Of a stretch of 26,839 nt of DNA, positions 9,847-18,520 are shown piece by piece. A model generated the notes under the pieces. That model had not been told where the DNA came from. It saw nothing but the letters and a program-made list of their open reading frames with translations, and searched no databases. Source of the stretch: a virus (Duplodnaviria; Caudoviricetes); IMG/VR virus record IMGVR_UViG_3300044723_005676, positions 1 to 26,839 of that record; one strand, written 5' to 3'. The position numbers and the translations under genes are program-made. Numbering within the stretch: the stretch's first letter is position 1; each line of letters opens with the position of its first letter.

Positions 9847-11658
9847 TCACCCCATTAGAATGTTATCCGTTTTGACGGTGCAAGAATGTAAATCTCTTGG
9901 CTTAATCGTAGCGGCAAAAGATACTGGCCCTTTATCGTCAGGAACAGTAATTGTGGTAGTATCAAGGAAATAATTCTTAAACTTTAGAGTAATTTCTTCA
10001 TCGGTGTCAGGTTTTGTAAAAGTGAACTCAACCATTTGTCCAGCAGTTATATCAACATTTTCTGTTTCATTCAACATATCGCTAAATAATTGGTCGTCAG
10101 TCACAACCGCTTCAAAAGAAATTTCATAAGAGCGTTGTGCAGGAATACCTTCCTTCATATCACGGTGTCCACCCATATATCTCTTATCCATAAGGTTGTT
10201 GTTAATTTGAATACTCACAGAATTAACCTTGAGGTATTGTTCTCCAAATGCACTAAATGTTCCTTGAGAAAAGAAGAATGGTGCGCCATAATCACTTCCA
10301 GCGTTCCAATTGAATAAGTCTGCGTTATCATCTCGTCCTGCTCTAGCAACATAGTTCGGATTGTTTGTGAATGTTAATGTGGTTGGGTCACTAACCGCCG
10401 CAGTAGTGGAGGCTGAAAGAACAACAGTTGTTGCACCAGAAATAGAAGAAATAGTTGTATTAGCAGGAATACCAGAATCACCAGTTACTACCATTCCAAT
10501 ACTCAGAACACTTGAATCTGCAACAGTTAAATTAGGAGATGAAATAGCAGCAGAACAGGCTTGAGTAGTATTACTATCTTTATAGAGGTCAGTAATACTA
10601 TCAACAAGGCGAGCGTTAATGTCCATCGTCATTTTCAATTCTTCACCTTCTGCCGCTTCAAGGGTTAATTGTTGGATTCTACAACCTCTAGCAATACGCG
10701 CAAAAGCAACATCTTCGTTTTCAGTAGAAGAATCTCCAAAAACTGCATTAGTCGTTAATACTGCGGGGTCTTTCGCAAGGGTTTGCTCTAAACTGAAAGA
10801 AGGCAGTTGGTCGGTGTTTAGTTCTTCAACTGTATAAGTGATTAAACCCGATGGTCTTGGAACAGTAGCACTATCAAAAGTAAGGTTTTGAAAACCAGTT
10901 AATACAGAAAACTGACTAAAATCAAAGGGAGGAACGACTTTATTAGAACCTTTCATTGTTCTGTAAAAGAGTGGCCCAGTAGTAGCGACGGCAGATGAAC
11001 CACTAGAACCTTTGATAAAAACATCATTATTACTATTTGTAGTAACTCCAGCATCAGTTGAAACAGCAGTTAAAGTTTGAGCCGTCCCTGTATAACTAAT
11101 TCCACTAACCGCACCAAGAGCATAATAAAGCCAAGAACCAGTATTGGCCACTAAGTTTAAACTACCGTTATCAGCCGTTCTAATTCCTTTGTATTGGAAA
11201 GAGAAGTTTCTCGTTCCGCCAAGACCAAGATTCATTTGTTTAATTTCTTGGCTTAGGTTTGGAAAAGTTACGCTTTCCATTAAACCTAACCAATTATCTG
11301 CTAATAGTGCTTCACGACCAGACTTAAGAGGATGGGGAGAAGGAGAACCATAAGCCAATAATAATGCATATGCAAAAACTTGAGGGCTAGTTGGAGCAGT
11401 TGGTGCTGAACCTAAAGTAAATGCAGTTTTAGTATTTGAAGTAATGCTATGGGTAGAAAGAAGGGTATCATTATCGTCATAGATTTCAATTAGACAACCG
11501 ATGTATAGATTTGGAACAAGCCTATATACATCAGTAAAAGCAGTTTCAACGGTTACGACGCTTCCCGAAACACCACCAGTAATAGGCATGTAAATATCAT
11601 GCTCTGGAATTAAAGTTGTTGATGCTCCGCTACCTAAGAAAATTTCATTATTCACCAT
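9847..11658 (-). CDS. Major tail (tube) protein with inserted accessory domains (603 aa)
   Basis: Tube-like core segments (LPSFSLEQ, GCRIQQLTLEA..GEELKMTMD, PFFFSQG, KVNSVSIQINNNL, RSYEISFEAVV); lies upstream of chaperone and TMP. Confidence 0.8.
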   Translation of the reverse strand: MVNNEIFLGSGASTTLIPEHDIYMPITGGVSGSVVTVETAFTDVYRLVPNLYIGCLIEIYDDNDTLLSTHSITSNTKTAFTLGSAPTAPTSPQVFAYALLLAYGSPSPHPLKSGREALLADNWLGLMESVTFPNLSQEIKQMNLGLGGTRNFSFQYKGIRTADNGSLNLVANTGSWLYYALGAVSGISYTGTAQTLTAVSTDAGVTTNSNNDVFIKGSSGSSAVATTGPLFYRTMKGSNKVVPPFDFSQFSVLTGFQNLTFDSATVPRPSGLITYTVEELNTDQLPSFSLEQTLAKDPAVLTTNAVFGDSSTENEDVAFARIARGCRIQQLTLEAAEGEELKMTMDINARLVDSITDLYKDSNTTQACSAAISSPNLTVADSSVLSIGMVVTGDSGIPANTTISSISGATTVVLSASTTAAVSDPTTLTFTNNPNYVARAGRDDNADLFNWNAGSDYGAPFFFSQGTFSAFGEQYLKVNSVSIQINNNLMDKRYMGGHRDMKEGIPAQRSYEISFEAVVTDDQLFSDMLNETENVDITAGQMVEFTFTKPDTDEEITLKFKNYFLDTTTITVPDDKGPVSFAATIKPRDLHSCTVKTDNILMG

Positions 11659-11688
11659 GTTCTTTCTCCCCCTTTCCTAACAAACTTA

Positions 11689-12201
11689 CTAGGGAATACT
11701 TTGTGCATATCGTTTTGCTTCTAATCCAATTTTATATCCGAACAATCGCTTGGCTCTATCATTGGACTCGCTTCTTGAACCTAAAAATAATTGGTGAAAC
11801 TTTGAACCGTCCGTTGCCGTGTAGCCCGTTCGCTTGCTCTCAATGACCCTACGAAGGATGAGGTATATAGCCCTTAGCCTATCTTTGCCGTAATCAGCGT
11901 CAAGGCCAGACCTCTCATCATGCAAAACCCGAATATGCATGGTAAAATTGTAAAACTCATTTCTAATGTCATACATCGCAGTAGGGTATTCAACTGTTTG
12001 AGAATCTTCAAAAACTACAATTGTAGCGGGGTATTTTCCCAAATCAACCCGCACACCTTTATTTGCAGCAGTAGTCCTAATATCAATTACTTCTGGCGTA
12101 ACGGCATGAGAGGCATCAATATCCCCAGAAGAAACTAATGCGGTAGCATTAGAAGACCAAGTGGAGTTAATCAAATCTATGAGAAGGCTGACTTCATCCA
12201 T
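11689..12201 (-). CDS. Putative tail terminator/completion protein (170 aa)
   Basis: Size, alpha/beta pattern and position just upstream of the tube gene; SD GAGGTGA. Confidence 0.55.
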   Translation of the reverse strand: MDEVSLLIDLINSTWSSNATALVSSGDIDASHAVTPEVIDIRTTAANKGVRVDLGKYPATIVVFEDSQTVEYPTAMYDIRNEFYNFTMHIRVLHDERSGLDADYGKDRLRAIYLILRRVIESKRTGYTATDGSKFHQLFLGSRSESNDRAKRLFGYKIGLEAKRYAQSIP

Positions 12202-12392
12202 ATTTTCACCTCTTCATTGATTTTCTTATTGATATATTTTTCATATTCTTCCATAGCAAACTTCTGCACTTCTTCATCAGAAAACGAAACATCATAACCA
12301 AGTGCGAGAGATAATTCATCCATAGCCAATTTCCTTTCTTTTTGAATCTGCAAAAGTTCATTGAACATTTTCATGTCAATTTCAATAGCCAT
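12177..12392 (-). CDS. Small helical hypothetical protein (71 aa)
   Basis: Likely ATG 12392 (MAIEIDMK), 1 nt after the upstream TAA; fits operon packing. Confidence 0.6.
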   Translation of the reverse strand: MAIEIDMKMFNELLQIQKERKLAMDELSLALGYDVSFSDEEVQKFAMEEYEKYINKKINEEVKIWMKSAFS

Positions 12393-12393
12393 T

Positions 12394-12600
12394 TTAATCA
12401 TTCCATACATCTGTATCGTATTTTCCATGCCACGCATCTATTTGGTCTTGGTATAAATCCTCTTTGCATTCTTCACAAAGTTTTCTAGGGTCATAACCCA
12501 TAAACCTTGCGTGTTCATTAACAGAATCGTCATATTGCTTATAATGTGGTGGTCTTTTCTTACAAATAACACATAGTGATTTAATAATACCTTTCCACAT
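12394..12600 (-). CDS. Small CxxC...CxxC zinc-finger protein (68 aa)
   Basis: CVIC and CEEC motifs; ATG 12600 after TAGGTGA. Confidence 0.65.
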   Translation of the reverse strand: MWKGIIKSLCVICKKRPPHYKQYDDSVNEHARFMGYDPRKLCEECKEDLYQDQIDAWHGKYDTDVWND

Positions 12601-12609
12601 ATTTATCAC

Positions 12610-13938
12610 CTAGTCAATAAAATAAACAATATCAGTTTTACTTTTAAGAATGTCCATCGCTTCTTTCTTGAGAATATCATACTTCTCTTTCGTTGAAATA
12701 TTTCCACCCGTTTCTGCAATCAATACGCTTTGGTCGTCATGCCGAATAATTTCAGCCGCAACAAGTTTAGTTGTTGCTTCGTGAACGGCGGCAGGGACTC
12801 TTGCATTTCCAGCAACATATGAAACAAAAATAGAATTGCGAACATGATAAGGATAGTCCTGCAAAAAGAAAATGCGTCCTTCTTCTCCCAATAACCAATA
12901 GTCGCCCGTTCTTCTCATGTCTTCTTTATCTGTAAATGATGTTAGGGTGCAGACTGTCGGGATTTCATCAGTAGCGATAAATGTTCCTGTGCTTGAACCA
13001 GTATTTGTTGCGGCTTGGGACATAGTGATGTTGGTTGAATCCACAATCGCAGTAATGGTCGTTCCCGAAGGAATATGGTTATTGTTATCGTCAATTTCCA
13101 TGCCTACTTTGAGTTTAGAAGAATCAGCAACCACTAAATTAGTGCTGGCGTTAGTGTGCGTAATTGCTTGTTTTGTCGTCGCTTTGAGAACACAATCTGC
13201 CCCATCATCCCCCGAAAGTAGGGATGAGAAGAGGACAGTCCCTCCATTTCCGTCCTCCTTTTGGGCAAAGAAAAAGTCCGAAAGCGATAAATTAGAAGAT
13301 GTAAGACTTTTTGAGGTTGTTGCTCCTGTATATTGAGAAGTGCTTGGAAACTCTTCATTAACCAAATGAGCAATTTCAGTAGTGGTTGTTTTAATCCCAA
13401 AAGTGTTACAAAATTCATCGTTTCCTAATTGATTAACAGTATTCTCAGCGACCATTTCAAACTCAACACCACTATTTGGTAGTTGTAAAATAATAGAATG
13501 AATATCTCTAAAGTTATCATGTAGGGCAATTTTGGCTTGAGCAGAAGCAATCTCTTTATAGCCACTACCAGACCAAACTAACAGAGAAACAATTTTACGA
13601 ACCTTCATCTGCCTTAGTTGAATAAAGCCAACATATCCGCCGTATAAAGTTTGGCCCGGCTGATTAGAGTATTGAAAATTATGAATTTCCTTTTTAGTAA
13701 TAATTGGACGATAACTTCTTTTTAGTTTATCATCAACCATCCCTTCAATTCTCTTAATGATAGCCCCGACTTGCTTAACAGTCGGATAGGTAGTTGTTCC
13801 AAATTCTGGGACTTGAAGCAAATGTGCTACTGACTTAAAATCAGTATAGAAACCATAGCCATTTTCGTAGGATTGTGCTACTCCCGAACCAGTATGATAG
13901 GCATTAGTATAATCGCTTGGTGATGAAGTGATTGACAT
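12610..13938 (-). CDS. Head-tail adaptor (HK97 gp6/SPP1 gp15-like) enlarged by insertions (442 aa)
   Basis: C-terminal VSYVAG..VPAAVHEATTKLVAAEI matches the adaptor Y.AG..VP..(I/V)..A motif; N-terminal helices (IKRIEGMVDDKLKR); position between head and tail genes. Confidence 0.7.
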   Translation of the reverse strand: MSITSSPSDYTNAYHTGSGVAQSYENGYGFYTDFKSVAHLLQVPEFGTTTYPTVKQVGAIIKRIEGMVDDKLKRSYRPIITKKEIHNFQYSNQPGQTLYGGYVGFIQLRQMKVRKIVSLLVWSGSGYKEIASAQAKIALHDNFRDIHSIILQLPNSGVEFEMVAENTVNQLGNDEFCNTFGIKTTTTEIAHLVNEEFPSTSQYTGATTSKSLTSSNLSLSDFFFAQKEDGNGGTVLFSSLLSGDDGADCVLKATTKQAITHTNASTNLVVADSSKLKVGMEIDDNNNHIPSGTTITAIVDSTNITMSQAATNTGSSTGTFIATDEIPTVCTLTSFTDKEDMRRTGDYWLLGEEGRIFFLQDYPYHVRNSIFVSYVAGNARVPAAVHEATTKLVAAEIIRHDDQSVLIAETGGNISTKEKYDILKKEAMDILKSKTDIVYFID

Positions 13939-13941
13939 TCA

Positions 13942-15555
13942 TTAGTCCTCCATATCATCTACTTGGCCTGTAATTTCTACATCGTAAAAATCTACTAATT
14001 CTTCAACTCTTTCTTTGAAAAGGCTAAGATGCTCCTGCATTTTTCTTGAAGCCCTTTGACTTGAACTATAAACACTTGTGTCCCATTCAGCAACATGCGC
14101 TGTTTTATAGCCTAAAGACACTTTAATCTCTTTAAGCCTTTTTGCTAATGCTTCCATTCTTTGGTTAAATTTACCGTCTTTTGAACTAATCCCTCTTGTA
14201 TCTTGAGAAGGTAGAATAAACTTAACTTCTATCATATTAACAGTAACTTTATTAATTTCGTCTAACTGAAAGTCCAAAAAAGCAATATTACTCTGACTTT
14301 CAACTAATTGCTCAAGCAAATCTGTTGTGTTTAATTCATATGAATAAGTTGCCGTTTCCGAATCCCCTTTAAGAAAAGTGTCGGGAATCATATCTTCAAG
14401 GGTAAATTGTGTAATGTTTTTATAGTTTCCATTAGTGGTTTCTGCTGGTAAATACACTTCCCCTTTAAAATCCTCTTCTTGATAATAATCAGAATCATCT
14501 TCATCAACTTCAAACATTCCCTTACTGAACTTAATTTCTGTTCCTGCAACAGAAGTCCATCCACCAGCAATAACGCCCCTATCTTTAATTTGTCTTGATT
14601 TGTCATCAAGTTGGTTTTGTGCTAAATTTTCCAAAGCACCTTGCGCCCCTTTAAAGGAATTACCCACAGAATAAAAAATTGTGCTTAGGTCTGGATTAGA
14701 TATTCTGAATGTAATACCTATATTTTTATCTATGAATTGTCGTGTTGATTCGTTCCTAGCAATAGATGTTTGTAAATCTACCAGCAGATTTACAAGTTGA
14801 TTCTTAAAATCGTTTTTAACTCTTCCTTTTTTATATTTTTCTTGCATTAATTTATATTCTTCATCCCCTATTTCATTAGCGGCTCCTAAAATTTCATTAA
14901 TGCTCTCTTTTAATTTTGCTACGGAAAGTTTTTTATATTGTTCTGTTAAAGTTTTTCTTTGCAAAGTTCTTTGTTTTTTGGCCTTATTGTATGCGGTCTT
15001 AAAACTCTTTCTTGTAGAAGTTTCTCCCAATTTTTTAATCGTTACATCTAAATATAAAGGGTTTGGTATAAATTTCGGTTGTAAATCATATTTTCTTTTG
15101 AAGGCCCCTAAATCAAATTTTGGAAGTTTTTGCATATCTCTACCAAATTTATATCCCGACTGTCCACGAAGTCTATCATAATCAGCAGAACCGACATGCA
15201 CTTCGTAAAGACTTGTGGCTTCCGCATACTCTGTCAAAATATCTCTTAAGTTTTCATCTTCACCAATATACTGCGCCCATGCTTCTCTATCTTTCTTATA
15301 GAAGTCAATAGCAATTTGTTCATCTTGAAGAATATCGCTAACGATATTTCCTAAAATACCAGCAAAATTTTCTGCTTCTTCTTTATTAAGATTTTTATAG
15401 AGGGTTTCTAATGCCTTAGTTGTTTCTGCGACAATACTTACATGGTCTTTAGAAGTGGCGGTTAAGTATCTTAAAATGTGTCCACGAATAACATCTTTCT
15501 GTTTGGGCATAATTAGGGTGTCGCCCCCAAGACCCCAAGAAACCTGATATTCCAC
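13942..15555 (-). CDS. Hypothetical protein of about 537 aa (charged, largely helical)
   Basis: Long ORF; likely GTG start at 15555, 6 nt after GAGGTG. No family recognised. Confidence 0.7.
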   Translation of the reverse strand: MEYQVSWGLGGDTLIMPKQKDVIRGHILRYLTATSKDHVSIVAETTKALETLYKNLNKEEAENFAGILGNIVSDILQDEQIAIDFYKKDREAWAQYIGEDENLRDILTEYAEATSLYEVHVGSADYDRLRGQSGYKFGRDMQKLPKFDLGAFKRKYDLQPKFIPNPLYLDVTIKKLGETSTRKSFKTAYNKAKKQRTLQRKTLTEQYKKLSVAKLKESINEILGAANEIGDEEYKLMQEKYKKGRVKNDFKNQLVNLLVDLQTSIARNESTRQFIDKNIGITFRISNPDLSTIFYSVGNSFKGAQGALENLAQNQLDDKSRQIKDRGVIAGGWTSVAGTEIKFSKGMFEVDEDDSDYYQEEDFKGEVYLPAETTNGNYKNITQFTLEDMIPDTFLKGDSETATYSYELNTTDLLEQLVESQSNIAFLDFQLDEINKVTVNMIEVKFILPSQDTRGISSKDGKFNQRMEALAKRLKEIKVSLGYKTAHVAEWDTSVYSSSQRASRKMQEHLSLFKERVEELVDFYDVEITGQVDDMED

Positions 15556-15565
15556 AATAAACACC

Positions 15566-16207
15566 TCACATTAACCATTTAGCCCAAGCCGCCCCTTTTT
15601 GAATGGCCGAACCTAAATGAAGGCCACTTGAGGGAGGCTCATATGACATTTGCCCTTGAGCATCAATCCAATATGGCCTTCCGTAGCCATCTGTTCCCGA
15701 AGGAGGAATAGGGTAGCCCGAACCGTTATTCATGGCCCCCTGCATTTGCTGATATTGTTGAGTCTGCCCCGTGATTCCAGCAATAGCCATTCCTGCCGAG
15801 GGCTGTTGTGCGCCAAAACCCTGCGACTCAAGGTATTGTTGTTTAGCCATTTTTCTTTGCATAACCACTTCGCTATTGATTGCCGACTGTAAAATCTTTT
15901 GAATATCCAAATCAATATTTTCTTGCGTAATTTTCTGATATTCTATTAAAGCATCATTATTAATAGTGATTGCACCACCAGTATTCGTAAATGCTAATTT
16001 ACTAAGCATATCTGAAACCACTCTTTGGATAACATCTTCCATTAATTGCTCCATAGCAGTTAAAAACATTTCACCATGATATTGAAAAAACTCTTCAACA
16101 TGGTTCTCCTGCAAAGAAAGCAAATTATTTACATTCTTAAACTGTGCATCATTTTGTGCTTGAACCGCATTTAATACGGTTCCATTACTTGTTCCAAATA
16201 CTCCCAT
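15566..16207 (-). CDS. Q-rich helical protein with a WW-like motif and a C-terminal amphipathic helix (213 aa)
   Basis: GRPYWIDAQGQMSYEPP near the C-terminus; ends LGSAIQKGAAWAKWLM. Confidence 0.7.
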   Translation of the reverse strand: MGVFGTSNGTVLNAVQAQNDAQFKNVNNLLSLQENHVEEFFQYHGEMFLTAMEQLMEDVIQRVVSDMLSKLAFTNTGGAITINNDALIEYQKITQENIDLDIQKILQSAINSEVVMQRKMAKQQYLESQGFGAQQPSAGMAIAGITGQTQQYQQMQGAMNNGSGYPIPPSGTDGYGRPYWIDAQGQMSYEPPSSGLHLGSAIQKGAAWAKWLM

Positions 16208-16209
16208 AT

Positions 16210-16866
16210 TTATTCCTCTTTTTCTTCCTTTTGTTCAGGTGCTTTTACTCCGTTTTGAATCATCAGATAATTAAGTCTGTCTGTCAAAATATTGATTTGC
16301 CCGACCAATTCTATGGCCTCGTTGGTGGCCGACCTGTTATCTTGTAGGGTGGGTGGTTTAATAAAATAACCTGCGGCGGTGAGGGAGGCAACCTCGGTTT
16401 TGCTAAGGTGTGTCATGGGCTTCCCCGACAACGCTTTAGGCATTTTTGGCTTGAAGGCTTTGAAGTCTAAACCATGTTTTTCAGCAAGAATCTGTTGCTC
16501 AAGCATTTCCAATTGTTTGAACATAGAAGAGTGTTTAGGGCAGTATGTTCCCTTGAGAGGACGGCCTTTGATTACTTTTTCTAAAGGAATAGGAGGTCGT
16601 AAAAAATCCCCTTGCTCCCAAATATGATGCATTCCACAAACAATACAACGGTCTTTGAGATTGAATTTTTTACCATATTTAAAGAAGAGGAAGGACTTAG
16701 GCTCTGGAGAAAGAACGCGAATAAGTTCCTTTTCTTTCTTCTTTGGTTTAATAGCCATAAATTGGTATTCAATAACTTGTCCTGCCGTTCTTGCTTGTTC
16801 AATCGGATTCAACATGGGGTTGAATTGCGTTGGTGCATTTTGTCCTATAATTTGTTGTTGATACAT
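16210..16866 (-). CDS. Putative Zn-binding, coiled-coil protein (218 aa)
   Basis: CIVC...CPKH ligand set; C-terminal heptad-like helix AIELVGQINILTDRLNYL. Confidence 0.65.
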   Translation of the reverse strand: MYQQQIIGQNAPTQFNPMLNPIEQARTAGQVIEYQFMAIKPKKKEKELIRVLSPEPKSFLFFKYGKKFNLKDRCIVCGMHHIWEQGDFLRPPIPLEKVIKGRPLKGTYCPKHSSMFKQLEMLEQQILAEKHGLDFKAFKPKMPKALSGKPMTHLSKTEVASLTAAGYFIKPPTLQDNRSATNEAIELVGQINILTDRLNYLMIQNGVKAPEQKEEKEE

Positions 16867-16871
16867 AATAA

Positions 16872-17540
16872 TCAGTAATCCTTTATCATTGTAGTAATTC
16901 CTCTATAAACCATTTCGGGTTCCGACTTTGCTGATACAATATACTTAAAGCAAGGTATTCCTTTATCGTTTAGTTTTCTCATACCGTATTTGAATGGTTC
17001 AAAAATCTCATGCTTATCCATTGGTTGTTCTTTTTCTAACGGGTATTTCTTTCCCCATATGTCATGTTTATTTGCCCAAATCCCTACTGCTATTGGATAA
17101 TCAGTATCTTTCTTTTTCTTACCATTAGACCAATTATTTGAAACGATTGTATCAACTAAATATTTCCATGCTAACTGATGGTCTAAATTAGAATTGCTAT
17201 CTAAGTGTCGGTGGTCTATCATAAAAATAACATATTTAACGCGGCGTTCTTTCATGTCTTCTTCCCATTTTTTCCAGTAAATCGCTTCCCCTCCAACATC
17301 TGCACTTTTTACTGTATGAGAGTTTCCATCAATTTTAATATTTTTTCTTGTTGCTCTATGCAAACCAACGGTTCTTTCATTAATTTGATGGACTTCGCCT
17401 CTTGTTCTTAATTGGTGACTAAGTGTTGTTTTTCCAACCATTGTTGCTCCATAAACTCCAAAGTTAATTGCGTGGACTTTTTTGTAAAAACCTAGTATTG
17501 CTTCACCAACAAGGATAGCAAAGCCTGTCATTAATGACAT
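16872..17540 (-). CDS. Arf/Sar-like small GTPase with a hydrophobic N-terminal helix (222 aa)
   Basis: G1 GATMVGKTT, G2 RTVGL, G3 DVGGE, VIFMID strand, G4 ANKHD, G5 SAK. ATG 17540 overlaps the upstream TAA (TAATG). Confidence 0.85.
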   Translation of the reverse strand: MSLMTGFAILVGEAILGFYKKVHAINFGVYGATMVGKTTLSHQLRTRGEVHQINERTVGLHRATRKNIKIDGNSHTVKSADVGGEAIYWKKWEEDMKERRVKYVIFMIDHRHLDSNSNLDHQLAWKYLVDTIVSNNWSNGKKKKDTDYPIAVGIWANKHDIWGKKYPLEKEQPMDKHEIFEPFKYGMRKLNDKGIPCFKYIVSAKSEPEMVYRGITTMIKDY

Positions 17541-17758
17541 TAATGACCCCACCCGTTTAACAAAGTGTCAAACAGGAAACCCATGATGTTTATACCAAAA
17601 ACACCAAGAATGTTTCCAATAAGGAAACCTGAAAGACAGGCGCAAGCACCCCAAAACCACGCTCGCATTTTCAAAAAGAAAATGTCAGCAGAATGCGCTC
17701 TTTGTTGATTATAAGCATAATCCGAATCGGAAAAGCCCATTAAATCTCCAAAGACCAT
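17540..17758 (-). CDS. Small membrane protein (72 aa)
   Basis: Gly-rich hydrophobic segment WFWGACACLSGFLIGNILGVFGINIMGFLF; SD AGGTGG. Confidence 0.75.
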   Translation of the reverse strand: MVFGDLMGFSDSDYAYNQQRAHSADIFFLKMRAWFWGACACLSGFLIGNILGVFGINIMGFLFDTLLNGWGH

Positions 17759-17768
17759 TTAACCACCT

Positions 17769-18158
17769 TCATTGTAATGTGGCTAAAAATTCACTCCCAA
17801 TAGTGTTTTCTTCCTGTTCAACAGGTTGGGTATAAGCAAATGGAGAAGTAGTAAATTGCTTTGCGCTTTCTCGCATTTTGACTTTTTGTTGTTCATCTCT
17901 AGCCTTTCTTTCCCAATACGCTGCAATTTTTCGGTCAAGAAGCCACATCTCAATTCTATCATTTAAAGACAAATCAAAGACGGCTTTCATCACCATGATT
18001 GCACCAATTGTTCCTAAACCAAATAGAACAGAATGGGCCAATGGGCCATATGGGAAATTCATTCCAAATGCCGCATATGCCCAAACATTAGTTCCACTTA
18101 ATGCACCAACAAAAAGAATAGTCATAACTAAACGGGTATCTTGGTTAAGAGCCGCCAT
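17769..18158 (-). CDS. Two-TM membrane protein with a charged C-terminal helix (129 aa)
   Basis: Hydrophobic segments LVMTILFVGALSGTNVWAYAAF and SVLFGLGTIGAIMVMKAVF; SD GAGGTGA. Confidence 0.8.
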   Translation of the reverse strand: MAALNQDTRLVMTILFVGALSGTNVWAYAAFGMNFPYGPLAHSVLFGLGTIGAIMVMKAVFDLSLNDRIEMWLLDRKIAAYWERKARDEQQKVKMRESAKQFTTSPFAYTQPVEQEENTIGSEFLATLQ

Positions 18159-18167
18159 TATATCACC

Positions 18168-18467
18168 TCAAGAAAATTCTACCGAAACTGCCGCACCTTC
18201 ACCAGAACCGCTTGAAATGCTCAAGAAAAGGCCATTAACTGCAAGAACACCATGCATGTCAAATTCAATCATACTAGGAGAGTCGGGAGAAGGGCGCAAA
18301 ATTAGGCGAGTTAATTCTGTTCCGCTAGCGGCGGAAGCATTATCAAAAACCTTAATTGTTGTATTGGCGGTTCCTGTTAAAGCCGCATGGACTGAAACAA
18401 GCCGACATTGGCCCGAAGAAATTGCACTACTCGCTGTTTTGACTCCACTTGAACGGCATTGACTCAT
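18168..18467 (-). CDS. Small beta-sandwich virion (capsid decoration-like) protein (99 aa)
   Basis: Likely ATG 18467 after GGAGGG. The IKVFDNASAASG...GVLAVNGLFLSI pattern recalls small structural proteins found next to capsid genes. Confidence 0.5.
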   Translation of the reverse strand: MSQCRSSGVKTASSAISSGQCRLVSVHAALTGTANTTIKVFDNASAASGTELTRLILRPSPDSPSMIEFDMHGVLAVNGLFLSISSGSGEGAAVSVEFS

Positions 18468-18520
18468 CGTGATACCCTCCCTCACACCCTCATTAAGAGG
18501 GGCCTATTTAGCCTTTGCGC

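Noticed and set aside
9847-11658. Contractile tail sheath, suggested by the 603-aa size
   Set aside because: No sheath motifs and no separate tube gene; the size is explained by inserted domains.
17541-17552. MGSL N-terminus suggesting Arf-like Gly2 myristoylation
   Set aside because: It depends on a GTG inside the SD-like GGGTGGGG. The TAATG-coupled ATG at 17540 is more plausible and gives MSL.
17540-18158. Conventional holin/antiholin-endolysin cassette
   Set aside because: No endolysin in the window and the genes are coupled to a GTPase. A holin-like role remains possible but cannot be called.
18486-18520. CCCTC-TTAAT-GAGGG hairpin as a terminator
   Set aside because: Only a 5-bp stem with no following U tract; too weak to call.
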